DNA of 59,613 bases, filler included, from Nemertoderma westbladi (GCA_032718475.1; 3 parts of 3 records of this genome joined end to end with filler, not necessarily neighbours in it), one strand, 5' to 3'. Shown: positions 36,216 through 47,993, counted from the first letter of the whole stretch. The notes: generated from the letters alone by a model not told the origin. A program made the numbers and translations.

Positions 36216-38595
36216 AATTAGTAATAAAAAATTAAAACAAAATCGCTATTTTAACATTATTATTATTATTATATTTATTTATATATATCATCTTTTCACT
36301 CACTTTTAACCTGAAATACATAAATATAAATTAATACTAGGGCCTAATATATAGAAAATAATATATATAGTACAAAAATGTCTTACTTTTTGTCCTTTTT
36401 CCAGATCGCAAAAGCACAATAAAACAATAAAAAATAAAAATTTATTACGGAAGAGATGGTATCCCTACAACACCATCCCCTCCCTCCTCTACCGAATGCA
36501 CCCTCATCTGAATGAAACCCATCACCTATAATGAATACATACATTTCGTTTCTACATACTTCCGATCTTTCTCCCCAGTATAACAAAAACTAACCAATAT
36601 ATATAAAACGTTCACCTTTTATCAATGTATGTGTTTTACTAACATTGTTATAATTTAAATATTTGGTGGTGGGGATATCTAGTAATCTAGTAACCGGATG
36701 AACTAGAAAAATATAAGAGCCTAGTGCTCAAACTATCCTATCCTAGAGCATTTGAATTGCCGCCAAGCTCTGTCCAGTACTCTCTGGTCGTGTTATCCAT
36801 TGGAAAATTCGTAAACCAATAGTGTGTTTTTCACTTTCTAAATTCTGAATCCCTTTGTCAGAGTGTAGATTTGGCAAGATGGTGACTGCTCATTGGTTTT
36901 TTTGACCAGGAACGAGCACTGATGACTGACTGTGTCAGTCTGTGTGTTGCCTATGCACAGCATACCTGTTGTGTTTGCCAATAACATCGGGCAGAACACC
37001 GAGAATCATAGTCAATTACTTGGCTGGGGATACTATACTGATTACTGCTGTACTTGTATATTATACTTACTGACCTAATGATTAACCTATGTAAATATTG
37101 TTTATGCCATACGGAGAATATGAGGACCCATAGTTATTACCGAACTGATTGTTATTCGCATCTATGTATGCTCTGGTGGGTATTCTGGTTCAACCCAAGT
37201 GGTGTGGCATGCTTAAAATTATTTTGTAGCCCCAACCAAGTGCCGGATTTACCTTAAGACATATAAGGCACGTGCCTTAGGGCCAGCCGAAAATACGGGC
37301 CATTTATTATCAGCGAGTCATTCCTGTGAAAAATATATTTCTATCTGAAAAATCCACATTTTTTGTCACTAAAATTTGTTGAAAAAAGAGCAAGAAAATG
37401 CAACTTTCGACTACTTTCTAGTTTCTATCACTAAATTTGTGATAGAAAAGTACAAAATTCGTGCTCAGTCGACCGACAGGTGCTGTGTTATTATTTACTG
37501 GGTTCGAGACCAGACGGTAGTGGCACAATATTTAGATATTTCAATTTCATCATTATTATTAACGTAATTTAGATTCACAAAAAGTTATGAAAAACTTTTA
37601 CGGGAAACTCTTATTATAAATATAGACCAGACCCTAATACATAAAATAAAGGATAAAATAGTTGTAGATAAAATAGTAGTCGATAAAAAAAAAACGTGTC
37701 AGAAATAACTCCTTGTCACAAATTTAATTTAATCGAAATTCAGATGTCCTGCCCTCGTGTATTGAATTTTGCACTCGATGGCATTTTAGCTGCCAATTCC
37801 TGCAAAACCTAAAACTCTCGGACAGCATAATTGAATTTTAGTATATTAAAATTAGTGACAAAAAGGGCTCCTTTCCGTGACTTTTCTCTTATTACATTAC
37901 ATTATCATTGGCGATATCTCCTTTGCAGAAGTGAAGGCTGCTGCAAAGAGCATTAAGACCAATCGTGCCAGTGGAGTAGATGGTGTTCCCCCTGAGGTCT
38001 TTAAAATACCTGAGTGTTTAAAGCTCATCTATCCCATCATAGTAGACGTGTACCGAACAATAAGAGTCCCACAAGAAATGAAAACAAATAAGTTGGTGCC
38101 AGTTCCCAAGAAGGGCAACCTAACAACACTCTATGGTTCTTTTCGGGGAATCTTATTGATCTCGATTGCTGCAAAGCTATACAATAGAATTCTATTAAAT
38201 CGCATCAGGGATCCCATTGAGAGACTGCTCCGTGGAAATCAGAATGGGTTCAGTAAAGGCCGTGGGACCATGGAGCCCATTTTGGCACTTAGAAGGATAA
38301 TTGAAGAATTATCAAAAAAGAAAGACAGGCATCTGGCTGTTATCTTTGTTGACTTCTTCAAGGCCTTTGATTCAGTCTCTCGCTCACGTATGTTTGTTAT
38401 TATACATTTATTATATAGGAAGGGATCTAGGGGTCTCAACCTCGAATGATAAGTTTATTTTACCGAAAATAACTTATATTTTATTTTGCGCAATTGTAGG
38501 ACTAATCCCATCACATGCGTACTTTTTAACCGGGTAGTGTACAAATTTAGGAATCGCGTAATTTTTCTTGAAATTAATATCTCGTATCTCTCCAA

Positions 38596-38638
38596 ACCAC
38601 GTACGCGTTTCGACCTTACTGGGTCTCATCAGCGTGGT
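38596..38638 (-). ncRNA. Minimal type I hammerhead ribozyme
   Basis: ACCACG-CUGAUGA-GACC cagtaa GGTC-GAAA-CGCG-UA-CGUGGU: complete catalytic core, stems I and II, short palindromic stem III. Confidence 0.9.
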
Positions 38639-38701
38639 GTCGGATTCGAAACTGGGACCTCGAGGAGGAAGCCGAGACTACAACCACTAGGCCACAGGTT
38701 C
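38635..38701 (-). promoter_or_regulatory. tRNA-derived Pol III promoter (A and B boxes)
   Basis: A box TGGCCTAGTGG (38684-38694), B-box-like GTTTCGAATCC (38642-38652), followed by ..gacACCA. Confidence 0.7.
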
Positions 38702-39425
38702 TTGAGATATGGAGTATTAATTTCAAAGCCAGCTGCCATTTTATTAGCCCCTGATTTTTTATTATTGATAGTAACAATGTGTTGGCAAGCTGTATTTATC
38801 GAGGTGTTTGTTATTATACATTTATTATAGGAAGGGATCTAGGGGTCTTAACCTCGAATGATAAGTTTATTTTACCGAAAATAACTTATATTTTATTTTG
38901 CGCATTGTAGGACTAATCCCATCACATGCGTACTTTTTAACCGGGTAGTGTACAAATTTAGGAATCGCGTAATTAAATTTGTACACTACCCGGTTAAAAA
39001 GTACGCATGTGATGGGATTAGTCCTACAATTGCGCAAAATAAAATATAAGTCCTCCAGGGAGACACACTTGCACCATTCTTGTTCATAATTGTGGTTGAC
39101 TATGTTTTACGCATGTCCTTAGATCAAGTAACATATTTGCAATACTGCAATATCAAAGATTGACAGTTTATATTAGTATGTATATAATTATCATTAGGCT
39201 ACTAGGCCAAGAGGTAGTACAGTCACAAATCGTTATTAATACAGTAGTACATAGTTAGAATACCTAAAGTATTACATATTCAAATTTCCCTCCACCTCAT
39301 TAATCCATAAATCTACTACAATTCCTTTTTTTTTCAAATTAATGTGATGACCAGATTATACATTAATTATTATAGTTTACTATAATAGTCTAGTGTATTA
39401 TTATAGTTTGTGTTCCATTATGATT

Positions 39426-40280
39426 TCAATTTTCATAAGCACAGTCCTTCAGTCGATCACTATTCCTGATGTCTGCGTTTGACATATTTTTATACTTGTC
39501 CATCAATATGTTCGCCTTTGGACCTAATGCCTCGGGGTGTATAGGTCGAATATGTCGGCGGTTGCGATACAACAACTTTCCAGATGGAACTAGTAATCTA
39601 TATCGACGATTTCCACAGTGTCTAACAACCATTGCAGGCGTATCCCATCTGTTTGAAGTAGGATCTAAAATTAAAACGCATTGTTGTGGTGTGATTTCTA
39701 TGGCAGGAACTACATTATTATTTTTATCAAAATCACATTTCTGTTTAATCTTGTTATTCTTCCTTCGTTTCTCAACAGTTATCCATTGGTCAGAAGAAAT
39801 TGGAGTAAAAGATTCTGCTATTGCAGGTAAACAGGTGTTTATTCGACGACCAAACATTAAAGTAGCTGGAGCTACACCGGTTGAAGAATGTTGAGATGCA
39901 GCTAATTCCATAAACCCTTGAGCGAATTCATCTGAATGAAAGTCGCCATCAACTCGTTCTAATAATAACTTGACCTTTTTCACTGCGGCTTCTGCAGATC
40001 CATTGCTTTGGGGAAATTTTGGCGAACTAGGGCACCAATGGATTGACCAAGTTTTGAACCAAATCATCATTTCTTCTGATGAAAAACAAGTTTGACCATC
40101 AGATCTGATTACTTGAGGTACTCCATACTCCATGAATAATGCGCGAAGTAGTTTTTTTATATATGATGATGATGTTGACTCATCGCAAAGGCGAATCCAC
40201 AAGAATCCTGTTAACTCATCAACAATTATGAGAAATTCCTGGCCCCCATACTTTGCAAAGTCCGTGCACAATACCTCCAT
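39426..40280 (-). CDS. Duplicated integrase core plus native C-terminus
   Basis: 643-bp tandem duplication, 39677-40319 and 40320-40962. Confidence 0.85.
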   Translation of the reverse strand: MEVLCTDFAKYGGQEFLIIVDELTGFLWIRLCDESTSSSYIKKLLRALFMEYGVPQVIRSDGQTCFSSEEMMIWFKTWSIHWCPSSPKFPQSNGSAEAAVKKVKLLLERVDGDFHSDEFAQGFMELAASQHSSTGVAPATLMFGRRINTCLPAIAESFTPISSDQWITVEKRRKNNKIKQKCDFDKNNNVVPAIEITPQQCVLILDPTSNRWDTPAMVVRHCGNRRYRLLVPSGKLLYRNRRHIRPIHPEALGPKANILMDKYKNMSNADIRNSDRLKDCAYEN

Positions 40281-40314
40281 TGGCCTTGTTGCACAAGGAT
40301 AGGGAGTGAGTGGT

Positions 40315-42654
40315 TCAGCCGCATTGTTGTGGTGTGATTTCTATGGCAGGAACTACATTATTATTTTTATCAAAATCACATTTCTGTTTAATCTTGTTAT
40401 TCTTCCTTCGTTTCTCAACAGTTATCCATTGGTCAGAAGAAATTGGAGTAAAAGATTCTGCTATTGCAGGTAAACAGGTGTTTATTCGACGACCAAACAT
40501 TAAAGTAGCTGGAGCTACACCGGTTGAAGAATGTTGAGATGCAGCTAATTCCATAAACCCTTGAGCGAATTCATCTGAATGAAAGTCGCCATCAACTCGT
40601 TCTAATAATAACTTGACCTTTTTCACTGCGGCTTCTGCAGATCCATTGCTTTGGGGAAATTTTGGCGAACTAGGGCACCAATGGATTGACCAAGTTTTGA
40701 ACCAAATCATCATTTCTTCTGATGAAAAACAAGTTTGACCATCAGATCTGATTACTTGAGGTACTCCATACTCCATGAATAATGCGCGAAGTAGTTTTTT
40801 TATATATGATGATGATGTTGACTCATCGCAAAGGCGAATCCACAAGAATCCTGTTAACTCATCAACAATTATGAGAAATTCCTGGCCCCCATACTTTGCA
40901 AAGTCCGTGCACAATACCTCCATTGGCCTTGTTGCACAAGGATAGGGAGTGAGTGGTTCAGCCGGAAGTGCTGGTCTAGATCTCTGACATGCATGACACT
41001 CATTCACCACTCGTTCAACGTCATCTCCAAGTCCAGGCCAATAGAAAAGTTCTCGTGCTCTAGCTTTCATCTTCTCTATTCCTGTGTGTGACTTGTGTAA
41101 TTTACTCAATAATTCTGGTATTAATAATTGAGGAGGTATAAGCCGCTGGTTTCTGAGGATAACTCCATCATTTCCAACTGTTAACTCATGTTTTATCTTT
41201 TTAAATTTTCTTGAATAATTGTTTTTTGAGAAATCGCCGGTATTTAATGCTACTATCAGTGATTGGTAATCCTGGTCTTCCATAGCCTTTGATCGTACCT
41301 GATCTAATCCTCTGTTGGGTATAAACTCTTTAACTGCTTCAGTCACGGCTGCTGCACAAATGGTTGCAAACTGATCAATATCAGTATTATCATCTTCATC
41401 TGGAGGTGAACAAGGGTATCGAGATAATGCGTCTGCCACATTATTTTCTTCTCCTTTTTTCCACTCAACTGTAAAATTAAATCCAGTGAGTTTTGTTCGC
41501 CAATTTAGTATTCTTTTATTTTCTATCTCTGCAAGACTTTGTATATTGAAGATTGTCGTCAGTGCTCGGTGATCGGTTTGGATTGTGAAATGTGGACATC
41601 CCTCAACGTATATTTTAGTTTTGTTAATGGCCCAGTAGATTGCCAATGTTTCAAGTTCTACTGCTGCATAATTTTCTTCTGCCGATCGTAACATGCGGCT
41701 GCCACATTGAAGTAGTGTCCGTGGTTCATTCAACTCCCCCTCCTGGAAGAGAGCAAATCCAAGTCCACAAGTACTTGCATCTGTTTCTAAGATGAGATGT
41801 TTACCTCGTTCAAACATTCCGAGAATAGGTGGTGACAATAAAATATCCTTTGTTTTTTCCATTGCCTCAGTGTGTTCTTGTAACCAATGAAATGTGTTAC
41901 GAGTTTGTAATATATTTCGGAATGGGGTCATTGTTTGTGCTAAATTTGGAATAAATGATGCCATCTGGTTGGCTAAACCAACAAATGAGCGTAAGTCTGT
42001 TCTTGTCTTTAGAATAGGAAATGACCTAATAGCTTCCACTTTACGTGAATCAGCTGTAATATGTCCAGCTGATATATGATAGCCAACAAAGTCAATTTGT
42101 TCTGTCGCCAATACACTCTTTGTAGAACTAATTGTGAACCCATGTTTCATACAACGTTCTAGAACTTCTGCCACATTTAGAACAAGTTCAGGTAATGTCT
42201 CCTTTCCAATAGCAATATCATCCATGACTTTCGATAAGTCATCAATGCCACTGAGTGCCACATCCCCACGGAATGAAAAGGCATCTCCAGTGCTGGAAAA
42301 ACCCATGGGACTACGTAAAAAGCGAAATTTACCTTTATTTGTTAGAAAAACGGTCATCCAGGAACTTTCATTATCGAGCTCCATTTGCCAATATCCTTTT
42401 ACAAGAACTATTTTAGCAAAGAATCGGTGGTTCCGTTGAAACACATTCACAGCCTCCGCAGGTGTGGGTACTCTATGGATAGTGCGATCTATCTGATCAT
42501 TGAGTTTCTTCAGGTCAACACAAATACGGACATCTCCTGATGGTTTGCCAACAACCACCAGTGGGTGACACCATGGTGTTGGTGTATCCCCAACAGGTGT
42601 GATGATTCCGCGATTCAACATATAATTTAAGGCTTCATCAACCTTTTCCTTCAA
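40315..42654 (-). CDS. Pol (RT, RNase H, integrase), probably disabled
   Basis: VRICVDL, VMDD, ETDAS, TDH, ADALSR, HHCC and DDE core; first RT Asp appears replaced by Val (AKIVLVKGYWQ); frameshifted from gag near 42690. Confidence 0.9.
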   Translation of the reverse strand: MKEKVDEALNYMLNRGIITPVGDTPTPWCHPLVVVGKPSGDVRICVDLKKLNDQIDRTIHRVPTPAEAVNVFQRNHRFFAKIVLVKGYWQMELDNESSWMTVFLTNKGKFRFLRSPMGFSSTGDAFSFRGDVALSGIDDLSKVMDDIAIGKETLPELVLNVAEVLERCMKHGFTISSTKSVLATEQIDFVGYHISAGHITADSRKVEAIRSFPILKTRTDLRSFVGLANQMASFIPNLAQTMTPFRNILQTRNTFHWLQEHTEAMEKTKDILLSPPILGMFERGKHLILETDASTCGLGFALFQEGELNEPRTLLQCGSRMLRSAEENYAAVELETLAIYWAINKTKIYVEGCPHFTIQTDHRALTTIFNIQSLAEIENKRILNWRTKLTGFNFTVEWKKGEENNVADALSRYPCSPPDEDDNTDIDQFATICAAAVTEAVKEFIPNRGLDQVRSKAMEDQDYQSLIVALNTGDFSKNNYSRKFKKIKHELTVGNDGVILRNQRLIPPQLLIPELLSKLHKSHTGIEKMKARARELFYWPGLGDDVERVVNECHACQRSRPALPAEPLTPYPCATRPMEVLCTDFAKYGGQEFLIIVDELTGFLWIRLCDESTSSSYIKKLLRALFMEYGVPQVIRSDGQTCFSSEEMMIWFKTWSIHWCPSSPKFPQSNGSAEAAVKKVKLLLERVDGDFHSDEFAQGFMELAASQHSSTGVAPATLMFGRRINTCLPAIAESFTPISSDQWITVEKRRKNNKIKQKCDFDKNNNVVPAIEITPQQCG

Positions 42655-44597
42655 ATGAATTGGGATTGGTCGTGCTGCTGTAATGGCACTTGTGGAGTAG
42701 CATCTTCCTTGAGAAAAAAATGCATTGGTTCTCCAACTACTCCACCCTTCATCGTCTTTAATGTGGTGGAGTCATCAAAACACTCAGCATAGATTTCTTT
42801 CAATTTGAAATCCACCTTCTTCAAAGCTCTTGCTTTTGGTAGACCTTCTAATGATGCAGCCCATGCCTTCCTTTCTTCTATTGCCCAAACCGGATTATCT
42901 GAGACCTCAGCCTCATTTAGATTAATTTCTGTCATATTATTTTGTTCAATTGTAGAGAATTCTGGGCATTGAGATACCATACAATGTTTTTGATCAACAT
43001 GTGAAATTGATTGTATTTTCATTGGTAATGGGAATTCATTATGGATAATATTGAGTTTTTTACAAATGTTTAAAGAAAGAAATAGTCCCTCGACATCATG
43101 GCAAACACAAACAGATGCAACTACTACAGGTCCGCCCTCTATGTATTTGATATTCACATCAAAAATACCTGCTTGAATGACCTCCCTTTGTCCAATTGAA
43201 ACTATTTTGAATAAAGGTGCTCGTAAGTTTGATTCTGAGTAATATTTTTCAAAAATATCATAACCCATGATACAAGCACCAGCTCCAGTGTCGGGTACAG
43301 CTAAAATTTCAGATGTCTGACCAAACTCTGACTCCATTTGTACTGGGAGTGTTGGTTGTTTTACCGGTGATGTAACTATTGTATTGAAAAATACAGTTGC
43401 TGATGAGGCCTGTACCGACTCTCTACAACATGCAGCAAAGTGACCCGTTTTTCCACAAACCAAACATTGTTTGTTTTTTGCTGGACAGATTTTACCAGTT
43501 GCATGTCCATTTGGTGATCCACAATTTGTACAGGATATCGAATATTTTTTCTCATCCTTCTTGTCATCTTTCTTAACCCATTTATTCTTTTGGTATGTGG
43601 TTTGTCTGGTTGCTGCAGCTGGAATTTCTTCTGTCGCTGCTGCGACATATGATGATGCACCAGTGCTTGTCAGCTCATGGGCTCCTTTCTTTGTTGTTTC
43701 CAAAGTATCAAGGAATGTCCAGGCTTCCTCATAGGATTTCGGTTTTTCCACCAAAAGTTTCTGGACAACTTCTTCTTCACGAATTGCAACAACAAGTATT
43801 GTTGTTAAGAGTATATCATATGTCACATTTCTGGCATCGGCTAAATCCGCCAAATTCGCTATCTTATTGCGTAAAGATGTGAATGACATTCCAGCTGATT
43901 GTTTCACTGTTAAAAGGTTTCTCCAATCAACAAACTGGTTTCTTTTATTCCTTAAATAGCGGTTTATATGCTCAATAACGTCATCCACATCCTTTGCTGT
44001 GTTCATTTTCACTCCAATAGATTGGCGGATGGTGTCAAGGAAGGAACCTGAACATGAATCCCAGAATGCCGCCAATCTTGTTGGTCGATCTACTTGATCT
44101 AGGCCTAACATTTTGGCGTAATTGTTCCAAAATTCGAGCCATTTTGTGAATGCTGCAAAGTCGATATCAGATTCCAGTAAAGGAGGTCGTCTTGGGGAAA
44201 ATTTTGGGCGTTCAGCCCTAATTGCAGGTTGTGCTACCTGTAGTTGAGGTATATTATCCCTCGCCACTGCAGCATTTTTCATTTCTTCATATTCAACTGT
44301 AAGGATTTTAAACCTGCGTTCTAGGTCGACAACAGCGATAAATAGATCATCAAAATCCTTATGAATATCAGTCTTCATGCATTCAGCATGACTACGTATC
44401 TTGTTTTCAATGTCTTCGAATGTTGACCACCTTGTCGTTAATCTAAGAACATCATTCTCCAAAGCTGCTGGGCGAGATCGCTCCCCCGGTGGGATGATCT
44501 CATAGTCTTCGAAAGATTTTTCGGCTACTCGTCGGGCCCGCGTAAAATTCCCTTGAGCTGTTGAACGGCTTCTCTTTAATTGAGCTAGCTCATCCAT
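42651..44597 (-). CDS. Gag (double zinc knuckle) and protease
   Basis: CTNCG..H..CPAKNKQCLVCGKTGHFAACC; protease motif PDTGA. Confidence 0.9.
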   Translation of the reverse strand: MDELAQLKRSRSTAQGNFTRARRVAEKSFEDYEIIPPGERSRPAALENDVLRLTTRWSTFEDIENKIRSHAECMKTDIHKDFDDLFIAVVDLERRFKILTVEYEEMKNAAVARDNIPQLQVAQPAIRAERPKFSPRRPPLLESDIDFAAFTKWLEFWNNYAKMLGLDQVDRPTRLAAFWDSCSGSFLDTIRQSIGVKMNTAKDVDDVIEHINRYLRNKRNQFVDWRNLLTVKQSAGMSFTSLRNKIANLADLADARNVTYDILLTTILVVAIREEEVVQKLLVEKPKSYEEAWTFLDTLETTKKGAHELTSTGASSYVAAATEEIPAAATRQTTYQKNKWVKKDDKKDEKKYSISCTNCGSPNGHATGKICPAKNKQCLVCGKTGHFAACCRESVQASSATVFFNTIVTSPVKQPTLPVQMESEFGQTSEILAVPDTGAGACIMGYDIFEKYYSESNLRAPLFKIVSIGQREVIQAGIFDVNIKYIEGGPVVVASVCVCHDVEGLFLSLNICKKLNIIHNEFPLPMKIQSISHVDQKHCMVSQCPEFSTIEQNNMTEINLNEAEVSDNPVWAIEERKAWAASLEGLPKARALKKVDFKLKEIYAECFDDSTTLKTMKGGVVGEPMHFFLKEDATPQVPLQQHDQSQFI

Positions 44598-47500
44598 TTT
44601 TAAAGCTTATTTACACTGCGCCAAGTAACATATTTGCAATACTGCAATATCAAAGATTGACAGTTTATATTAGTATGTATATAATTATCATTAGGCTACT
44701 AGGCCAAGTGGTAGTACAGTCACAAATCGTTATTAATACAGCAGTACATAGTTAGAATACCTAAAGTATTACATATTCAAATTTCCCTCCACCTCATTAA
44801 TCCATAAATCTACTACAGATCATCATAATGATGATGGGGTGATGATAACTCCACCTGCTGGCTCCAGAAGTCGAGGAAATCCTGCCAAGTACCTAACTGA
44901 TCTAGACTTTGCTGATGACTTAGGAGTACTCTCAGAATCACTAGAGGGAGCCCAACGGCTCCTCAGCTCATTAGAGCATGCTTCTTCTAGTGTTGGTCTT
45001 TTTATTAACTCCAGAAAGTCCAAAATTTTGACAGTTAACTTTGAAAGTCCTCAGCAAGTCTCTGATCGGATGAGCATAAGCTCAAAAGATCGTATGCTTG
45101 AGCATGTGGACGACTTCTGTTACCTGGGATCATGGATCCGAAAGTCAGGTGAGGACCTTCGAATACGTAAGGGAAAAGCATGGGCAGCCTTGAATAGGCT
45201 TTCCAGGATTTGGAAGTCACCGAGAATTAATCGGAAACTTAAGGTCCGATTATTTAGAGCAGCAGTAGTTCCAGTACTCCTCTATGGGAGTCCATGCTGG
45301 GCTCTAACTGCTGAGGACACCAAATCTCTGGATGGCACATTCACAAGAATGCTACGCCGGGTTCATTGTGTCAAGTACAATGCACACATCTCCAACCAGA
45401 CACTATATAACATTGGAGGTGTCTCATTGGTTCCCCCAAGTTTGACACTAGAACACAATCGCCTCCGCTTTGCAGGACATTGCTTTTGCCGTGAGGACCA
45501 ACCAGTGCATAATCTTGTACTTTGGCAGCCTCATGGAGTGAATAAGCATGGTGGACAGCCCATGACTTTCTTGAGACGCATCTTAAAGGACACTGGCCTT
45601 GAAGATGCGGATGATCTAGCAAATGTCATGGGTGATAGGGAGTTGTGGCGGTGCAATTTTGTCGATAAGCCGGCACAGCATTCTTAAAAATGCAGCTGCA
45701 ATGCAGCATGCCGATCCTAGTAGTAGTAGTATTGAATTTTGCACTCGATGGCATTTTAGCTGCCAATTCCTGCAAAACCTAAAACTCTCGGACAGCATAA
45801 TTGAATTTCAGTATATTAAAATTAGTGACAAAAAGGGCTCCTTTCCGGGACTTTTCTCTTATTACATTACTTGATCAGATAGTCCAAATCTAGATCAGAA
45901 ATATTATATCTTTGCACAAGCCCACACTTTTACTGTGTAAGGATGTTAAATTTATCAGCAAGTCCTGTAAAGATAAGTAAAAGTACCCTGCGAAGCAAAT
46001 AAATAACACATTCCCTCGGTCTGATCAAAATTAAGGCCTACTAACAGATTACCCCGAAAATTAAAGGAGCTATTACCCCGAAAAGAAGTGGAATTTTTGA
46101 AAATTTAATAATTGTTTTTGTAGTTTGTTAGAGGGGTTTTCATATGGCGATATCGGTTTTCAACAGTGAATTATTTTTTGACTTCAAAACTTCTCTTTTC
46201 AACAACATAATATATTGCTGATATTCATGAATCATAAAACCAGATATATAATAGGAAACTTGGACGCAAATAACAGTTGATTATTCTCAAAAATAAAACT
46301 GTAACCTGTTCTATTGTGTTTAGTTTATTGTTTTGGTTAAAATAACGTGCCACTGTAACCTGCTCATTTCCCTAAATTGAGAATTTAACATTGAGGCGGG
46401 ATATTAATTCGCCAAGGCGGGTTTTGCGTCCAGTAACTATCACAAAATATTTGATTCCAAAAATATAGCCCGGACATATTAAAACCCCCATAAATGTTTA
46501 AAAAACAATAATTTTGTGGTAAAATTGTCATAGAAGATAACCTACATATCTAGGTCCATTGTACCAAAGTCTTGGACCATGAACTTCAACCCAGGTGGTA
46601 GGCCTATTACAGATCCTTAAACATGAGCTAATTTACATAAATAAATGCCTTAAAATTTATACAATTTTTGACAAAACCGACCTGAAAACTAATTTTACAA
46701 AGTACTTACTTCACAGTGTTCTAATTATGTTAGCTTATCCAACGAAAATACTTTATATTTCTTTCGCAACATTTTCACCATTTCTATTGTTTTAGCAGCT
46801 TTTTCTTTTAAAAGGGTTTGTGGAAAAAATATTAATTTTCGGGCTATTTGCTAAAAATTTCTAAAATGTGCCTTAGGGCCCCCAGAGGCTTAATCCGGCA
46901 CTGGCCCCAACATATGTGAGCCTTGAGCAATTGAGCATCTTTGTTATTCATGAACAAAATTGTCTCAAGTCAGCGGTTTATGTATAACTAACTGTGTATC
47001 TCAGTTAGAGTTAACATTCCATGTCACTAAAGGACATGCAGACTATGATCTTTGTTAGTTTATGTTGTAATTGCCGTCAGACATAGTCCTGTTTGATATC
47101 TGGAGCACGACATCCCGAACGGAACTGTTAATACATTCTCTGTAAGTCCATATTGTTGTCAGGAATTACATTACGAATTAATAGATAATTATTAAGAGCG
47201 CTCTTAATAATTATCTAGAGCCCCCTAGATAATTCGTGATTTGTTTGGTGGGACTGATTTGGAGGGAACTTCAAATGCATAAATCAGGTAACGGTTTAGG
47301 GTGTTACCGGCACACTAATTACTTATAAATCTGTTACAGCAACTATTTTTACTTTCTTTTTTTTCTTTAGTATAAGTGCAATTAACAGTATATTAGAAAC
47401 TGTCTAACCATAACATTACCCAATAGTGCAATTAACTCTATGTACAAATCTGCCGCCCACTGTTCTTCTAATTAAGCCAAGTATTGCCCGCACTAGCTAT

Positions 47501-47993
47501 GCTATTTGGGTGTACTTCGCTTAACTCTAGCTATTCCTGTTTATCTTGTGCGTGTACTGTATCTATAGAGTCTTATTGTGTGTGTATAATAAGCTGTGTG
47601 TGTGTTGTGTATCCAATTGTTCGCCTCAGTTGTATATCTCGTACCCAACTAATATTTCCGTAAGTTTCATACATAATGATCTCTCCATTCCATAACACTG
47701 GTTTAATTATGTCTATTGTCGTAAATACTCCTATTTTAATTTGTATCTCATGCAGTAATCTAGACATTTATAAGAGCTACATTAAATTGAATTGAATTAG
47801 TTCACCGGTGTATATAAAATAGATGAGATCAGGCATTTTGAACTTCCCGCTAAATCAGTTCAACCAATCAAATCACAAATGATCTAGTGCGCTCTTATTT
47901 ATTAATAAGTGCGCTCTTAATAATTATTAAGTGCGCTCTTTATAATGCTCTAAATAATTTTTTTTTAAAATGTCCCTTTAGTGGCTCCGTATA

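Larger units (their letters stand above)
38391..39051 (-). mobile_element. Retrozyme/Penelope-like non-autonomous element: 414-bp unit, partial tandem copy and inverted segment
   Basis: Direct repeat at 38391 and 38805; inversion at 38975-39051; contains a tRNA-like head and a hammerhead; no TSD, and host RT sequence is deleted at the site. Confidence 0.8.
39127..44817 (-). mobile_element. Gypsy/Ty3 LTR retrotransposon, Mag-like
   Basis: 194-bp LTRs (39127-39320, 44624-44817; 2 mismatches seen), 5-bp TSD GATCA, PBS TGGCGCAGTG, polypurine tract next to the 3' LTR. Confidence 0.95.
37901..45728 (+). mobile_element. 5'-truncated RTE-clade LINE, interrupted twice
   Basis: RT pieces at 37901-38391 (FVDFFKAFD), 39051-39121 (LQGDTLAPFLF) and 44823-45687 (FADD, YLGS); (TAG)n tail; 142-bp flanking direct repeat. 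Confidence 0.9.
37237..46903. mobile_element. hAT-like non-autonomous DNA transposon expanded by nested insertions
   Basis: TIR ca(a)gtgccggatt / aatccggcactg; 8-bp TSD GCCCCAAC at 37229-37236 and 46904-46911. Confidence 0.8.

Noticed and set aside
38635-38701. Functional tRNA gene
   Set aside because: A/B boxes are present but I could not build a complete cloverleaf, and it lies inside a repeat unit
42680-42725. Programmed gag-pol frameshift
   Set aside because: The shift falls after the protease, and the element also lacks an RT Asp, so mutation is the simpler explanation
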